DNA from: an uncultured Piscirickettsiaceae bacterium
GTDB lineage: Bacteria > Pseudomonadota > Gammaproteobacteria > GCF-002020875
Assembly (NCBI GenBank): GCA_964344325.1
Contig: CAYFMX010000005.1
Span: forward strand, 9,013-73,012
Length of the DNA stretch: 64,000 bases
Direction of reading: 5' to 3'
Part shown: positions 60,191 through 64,000 of the stretch, piece after piece
How positions within the stretch are numbered: position 1 is the first letter of the stretch
Layout of the letters: every line of letters begins with the position of its first letter
Position numbers and translations under genes: made by a program
Notes under the pieces: model-generated
What the model was told of the DNA's origin: nothing
The model's input: only the letters and a program-made list of their open reading frames with translations
Database searches by the model: none

Positions 60191-61555
60191 TCAAGCGATC
60201 CAGACCGTCTTGGCATTGACGAATTCGCGGATACCGAGCAGAGATAGTTCGCGCCCATAGCCGGAATTTTTGATCCCCCCAAACGGCAGGCGCGGATCGC
60301 TCTTTACCAATCCATTGACGAAAACACCGCCGGCTTCAATTTGACGGGCGACGCGTTCGCCACGTTTTAGGTTTTGCGTCCAGACACTACCGCCCAGCCC
60401 GAATGCAGAACTATTGGCAATGCGAATTGCTTCTGCTTCATCTCGAACACGAATGACTGCCGCCACTGGCCCGAATAATTCTTCTTCATAGGCTGGCATA
60501 CCGGGTTGCACATGATCCAAAATGGACGATGCATAACTGGCGATTGTCCCTTCTAACGGCTGGCATCCAGTTATATTTTTTGCACCTGCGGTAATGCTTT
60601 GTTCAACTTGACGATGCAATTCTGCACGCAAATCTTCCCGCGCCATTGGCGCAAGCGTTGTGTCAGAATTCATCGGGTCACCCAGCTGCAACTGCTCCAC
60701 TGCTGTTTTGAATTGCACCAAAAATTCGTCTGCAATCGCCTCCACAACGATAAATCGCTTTGCCGCAATACAACTTTGACCGGCATTGAGAAAGCGCGAT
60801 ACTGCTGCAATTTCGACCGTTTTTTCCAAATCACAATCTTCCAGCACGATAAAGGCATCAGAGCCGCCCAATTCGAGCACGCTCTTTTTCAGATTTGCGC
60901 CCGCTGTCGCTGCAACCTTGCGTCCCGCCGCTTCACTACCAGTGAGCGTCACCGCGTGAACACGCGGATCGGCAATGACTGATTCCACCTGCGATGCGCT
61001 GATCATCAATGTAGTGAAAACTCCATCCGGCACGCCAGCTTGATGGAACACCTCTTCAATCAGTTGCGCACATTGCGGCACATTGGAGGCATGCTTGAGC
61101 AGTGCGGTGTTTCCAGCGATTAGCGCGGGTGCGGCAAAACGAAACACCTGCCACAGCGGGAAATTCCACGGCATCACTGCCAGCACAGTACCCAGTGGTT
61201 GATAGGCAACATAGCTTTTTCCTGCATCGGAGGCGATCTCCTCATCTGCCACAAATTGTGCGCCGTTCTCTGCGTAATAATCACAACCAATTGCGCATTT
61301 TTCGACTTCCGCCTCTGATTCGGCAATCAGTTTGCCCATTTCTGCGGTGATGATTTCTGCCAGTTCGCGTTTACGTTCGCGCAGAACCGAAGCAACTTTA
61401 CGCAGAAAATCACAACGTTCTTCAATTAGTTTGTCACGCCATGCTGGAAATGTGGTATGGGATCGGGCAAGTGCTGTTTCGATTTGAGATGCATCCCAAT
61501 ATTCAGTGTGGGCAATTGATTCGCCAGTAAACGGATTGATGGACTGGAATGGCAT
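60191..61555 (-). CDS. NAD(P)-dependent aldehyde dehydrogenase (succinate-semialdehyde DH-like)
   Basis: ALDH family motifs (…LELGGSDAFIV…, catalytic Cys in …AGQSCIAAKR…). Confidence 0.85.
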   Translation of the reverse strand: MPFQSINPFTGESIAHTEYWDASQIETALARSHTTFPAWRDKLIEERCDFLRKVASVLRERKRELAEIITAEMGKLIAESEAEVEKCAIGCDYYAENGAQFVADEEIASDAGKSYVAYQPLGTVLAVMPWNFPLWQVFRFAAPALIAGNTALLKHASNVPQCAQLIEEVFHQAGVPDGVFTTLMISASQVESVIADPRVHAVTLTGSEAAGRKVAATAGANLKKSVLELGGSDAFIVLEDCDLEKTVEIAAVSRFLNAGQSCIAAKRFIVVEAIADEFLVQFKTAVEQLQLGDPMNSDTTLAPMAREDLRAELHRQVEQSITAGAKNITGCQPLEGTIASYASSILDHVQPGMPAYEEELFGPVAAVIRVRDEAEAIRIANSSAFGLGGSVWTQNLKRGERVARQIEAGGVFVNGLVKSDPRLPFGGIKNSGYGRELSLLGIREFVNAKTVWIA

Positions 61556-61663
61556 GACGGGTTCTCCGGAAAAATGCGCTATTTTCCAGCAAGGGATTTT
61601 TTTATGCTACTTTGAAAATCCCTTCTCTCTCCCCTTTTCAAAAAGGGAGAAACAGAAAAAATC

Positions 61664-62248
61664 TTATCCCAGATTCTGGTTCACAAAATCCCAACTGACC
61701 AGTTTCCAGAAGCTTTCCAGATACGACGGACGCGCATTGCGGTGGTCAATGTAGTAGGCGTGTTCCCATACATCGATCGTCAACAACGGCGTTACACTTG
61801 CATCCATCAATGGCGTCGCAGCGTTAGAAGTATTGACAATCTCCAAACTGCCATCCGCAGTTTTCACCAACCACGTCCAGCCGGAACCAAAATTATTGAT
61901 CGCCTTATCGTTAAACTCGCTCTGGAATTGTTCGAAAGAACCCCATTTTTTATTGATGGCATCAGCAATTTTCCCGGTCGGTGTACCACCACCGTTTGGG
62001 CTGAGGCCATTCCAGAAAAAGGTGTGGTTCCAGATTTGCGCCGCATTGTTGAAAATACCGCCATCAGAAGAACGGATAATCTCTTCCAACGACTTGTTTT
62101 CCAGATCAGTTCCCGCAATCAAACCGTTCAGTTTGGTGACGTAGGTTGCATGATGCTTACCGTAGTGGAATTCCAGTGTCTCTTTGGACATGTGTGGTTC
62201 CAGCGCGTCGATTGCATACGGTAATGGAGGAAGTTCAAAAGCCATAAT
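61664..62248 (-). CDS. sodB: Fe/Mn superoxide dismutase
   Basis: [32 protein letters not shown]… …[13 protein letters not shown]…. Start trimmed to MAFEL. Confidence 0.9.
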   Translation of the reverse strand: MMAFELPPLPYAIDALEPHMSKETLEFHYGKHHATYVTKLNGLIAGTDLENKSLEEIIRSSDGGIFNNAAQIWNHTFFWNGLSPNGGGTPTGKIADAINKKWGSFEQFQSEFNDKAINNFGSGWTWLVKTADGSLEIVNTSNAATPLMDASVTPLLTIDVWEHAYYIDHRNARPSYLESFWKLVSWDFVNQNLG

Positions 62249-62483
62249 TGTTCTCCTTTTCAAAGTTTTTGATGGCTCTAACCTTATAAATACCAACTAT
62301 TTTAGTCAAGAATTATTCCACACAAGAATACTCTGCCGATGGTTCAAACCACCGGCTTTACGCCATTCCCCGCTGGGGAAACGATTGATCCCAGCGGGAT
62401 TAGGGAAGATAGGCAGTGGTTTTAACCACTGCATCCCGACTATACTGATTGGTTTTTCATCATCAAAACAGAACTAAAAAAAC

Positions 62484-63311
62484 ATGCCCCAGAAAACTCT
62501 CCTGATTACCGGCTGCTCCTCCGGAATCGGCAAACGGTGCGCAGAGATGATGCGCGAACGCGGCTGGCGTGTTTTCGCCACTGCCCGCAAGGCAGAGGAT
62601 GTGCAACAACTGGAAGCAGCAGGATTCGAAAGCACACGGCTGGATTTGAATGATTCTGAATCGATCCGCACCGCCGTGACGTACATTCTGGAGCAGACCG
62701 GTGGTACGCTGGACGCACTCTTCAACAATGGCGCATACGGGCAACCTGCCGCAACAGAAGATTTAAACCGTGATGCGTTACGCAAGATATTTGAGACGAA
62801 CCTCTTCGGCACAGTAGAACTCACTAATCTGATCATCCCTGTGATGCGCAAGCAAGGACATGGACGGATTGTGCAGAACAGTTCTGTGCTGGGATTCGTC
62901 GCCCTGCGCTACCGTGGCGCGTACAACGCCAGTAAATATGCGCTGGAGGGGATCACCGACACCATGCGTCTCGAATTGTGTGGCACGGGCATCCATCTTT
63001 CGCTGATTCAGCCAGGGCCGATTGAGTCGCAGTTCCGCATGAATGCCTACCGCGCTTTCAAGGCCAATATTGATACGACACATAGCGTGCATCGGGAAAA
63101 TTACGCTGCATTGGAAAAGAAACTGCAAACTGAAGGCGCGGTTGTGCCGTTTACCTTGCCTGCTGATGCAGTTGGTAAAAAATTGATTCATGCACTGGAA
63201 AGCCCACGTCCGAAAGTGCGTTATCCGGTTACTTTTCCGACATATTTGTTTGCATTGTTAAAACGCATTTTGCCTGCGCGTTGGTTGGATTTGGTTTTGT
63301 TGAAGATTTGA
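62484..63311 (+). CDS. SDR-family oxidoreductase
   Basis: TGCSSGIG cofactor motif. YxxxK in …GAYNASKYAL…. Confidence 0.85.
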   Translation: MPQKTLLITGCSSGIGKRCAEMMRERGWRVFATARKAEDVQQLEAAGFESTRLDLNDSESIRTAVTYILEQTGGTLDALFNNGAYGQPAATEDLNRDALRKIFETNLFGTVELTNLIIPVMRKQGHGRIVQNSSVLGFVALRYRGAYNASKYALEGITDTMRLELCGTGIHLSLIQPGPIESQFRMNAYRAFKANIDTTHSVHRENYAALEKKLQTEGAVVPFTLPADAVGKKLIHALESPRPKVRYPVTFPTYLFALLKRILPARWLDLVLLKI

Positions 63312-63900
63312 TTTGAATTCACGCAAACACACAATGTATTTTCTATATAAACGATTGCAAAATACGCGGTTTTCAAAATATCGCTGATCTGTCCGTTGAA
63401 CCGCTCCACCATACCGTTGGTCTGCGGGTATTTCGGTTTGATAAACCCGGCGCGTCGCCTGGTCGATAGCGACGAACAGGTAGCCCCGGCTGCTTTCACC
63501 TGCATCTTTGGCAAGTATTTGATGTCCATATGGATAAAGTCCGGCTCATAATCCTTGAGGGTCTTTTTCTTCTCTTCTTCAGATTTGTCTTCCCTTTCTG
63601 AACGTTCACGCTTCATCCGGTTCAGATTGGAACCCCCACATCGTGATAGACAGCGTGCCAAACCAGCGCGTGCGAGGCTTTATCATTGATGAATTCGCGG
63701 TTTACAACCAGGTTAGAAGATTGGATTTCAGCACAGATCGCTGGGGTGGTCCTGGCTTTTGGATGGATGTCCATTGTTTCTGGCCTTGTTGTAGATCAGT
63801 GACAAGCTGTTCCATGCCCCCCCAAGTGCGGAAGAGCGGGTAGCTTTTTTCTGGAATATCATCTTCCGAGACCCAACACCTATTCATTCAATGAAATGAA
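63221..63900 (-). mobile_element. degenerate IS481/IS3-like transposase remnant (internally deleted)
   Basis: …DYEPDFIHMDIKYLP… and …KPKYPQTNGMVERFNGQI… are integrase-core motifs separated by far too little sequence. Very AT-rich flank to the window end. Confidence 0.45.
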
Positions 63901-64000
63901 TAATCATTACATAAATATATAAAACAAGAAAACATATAAATAAACAACATATGCCAATAAAAAAATAATTATTGAAAACAAAAGAAAACACTGATCATAT

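Overview
This 64-kb window reads as a gammaproteobacterial chromosome segment with a housekeeping backbone and several AT-rich accessory insertions. My guess of a Thiotrichales-type sulfur bacterium is inference only; it rests on cyanobacteria-like DUF4160/DUF2442 pairs, pentapeptide-repeat and tail-collar proteins, and fragmented synteny.

Backbone genes supported by ORF translations: radA (partial), guaB, guaA, rpsO, pnp, surE, nlpD, panC, trmJ, ybaK, dacB, rdgC, hisG-hisD-hisC, murA, mlaFEDC, tsaB, mazG, folK, hslVU, ubiE, ubiB, zipA, sodB, plus an aminotransferase, an ALDH and an SDR.

Accessory and unusual content:
- An AT-rich cassette after radA: membrane protein, pentapeptide-repeat protein, porin-like OMP.
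- A ~2-kb AT-rich insertion splitting the normally contiguous guaB-guaA, carrying DUF4160/DUF2442 modules.
- A secreted Met/Gly/Tyr-rich repeat protein, convergent with a CbbR-like LysR regulator.
- An orphan HicB and a BrnT/BrnA pair.
- A BrxR-family (wHTH-WYL) regulator at the head of an 8-gene co-directional minus-strand array (two SAM-MTases, a membrane protein, an AT-rich HEPN-like protein, transglutaminase-like, DUF3795, cytochrome c'). This is the best candidate for an undescribed defence or stress system.
- Tandem OMP beta-barrel paralogs with hypervariable loops, inserted next to a queG remnant.
- An orphan rnfD, a stand-alone MetH activation-domain protein, a membrane-anchored phage tail-collar protein, and IS3/IS481 transposase remnants.

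No rRNA, tRNA or CRISPR array was recognised by eye. This is not a substitute for tRNAscan or Infernal.
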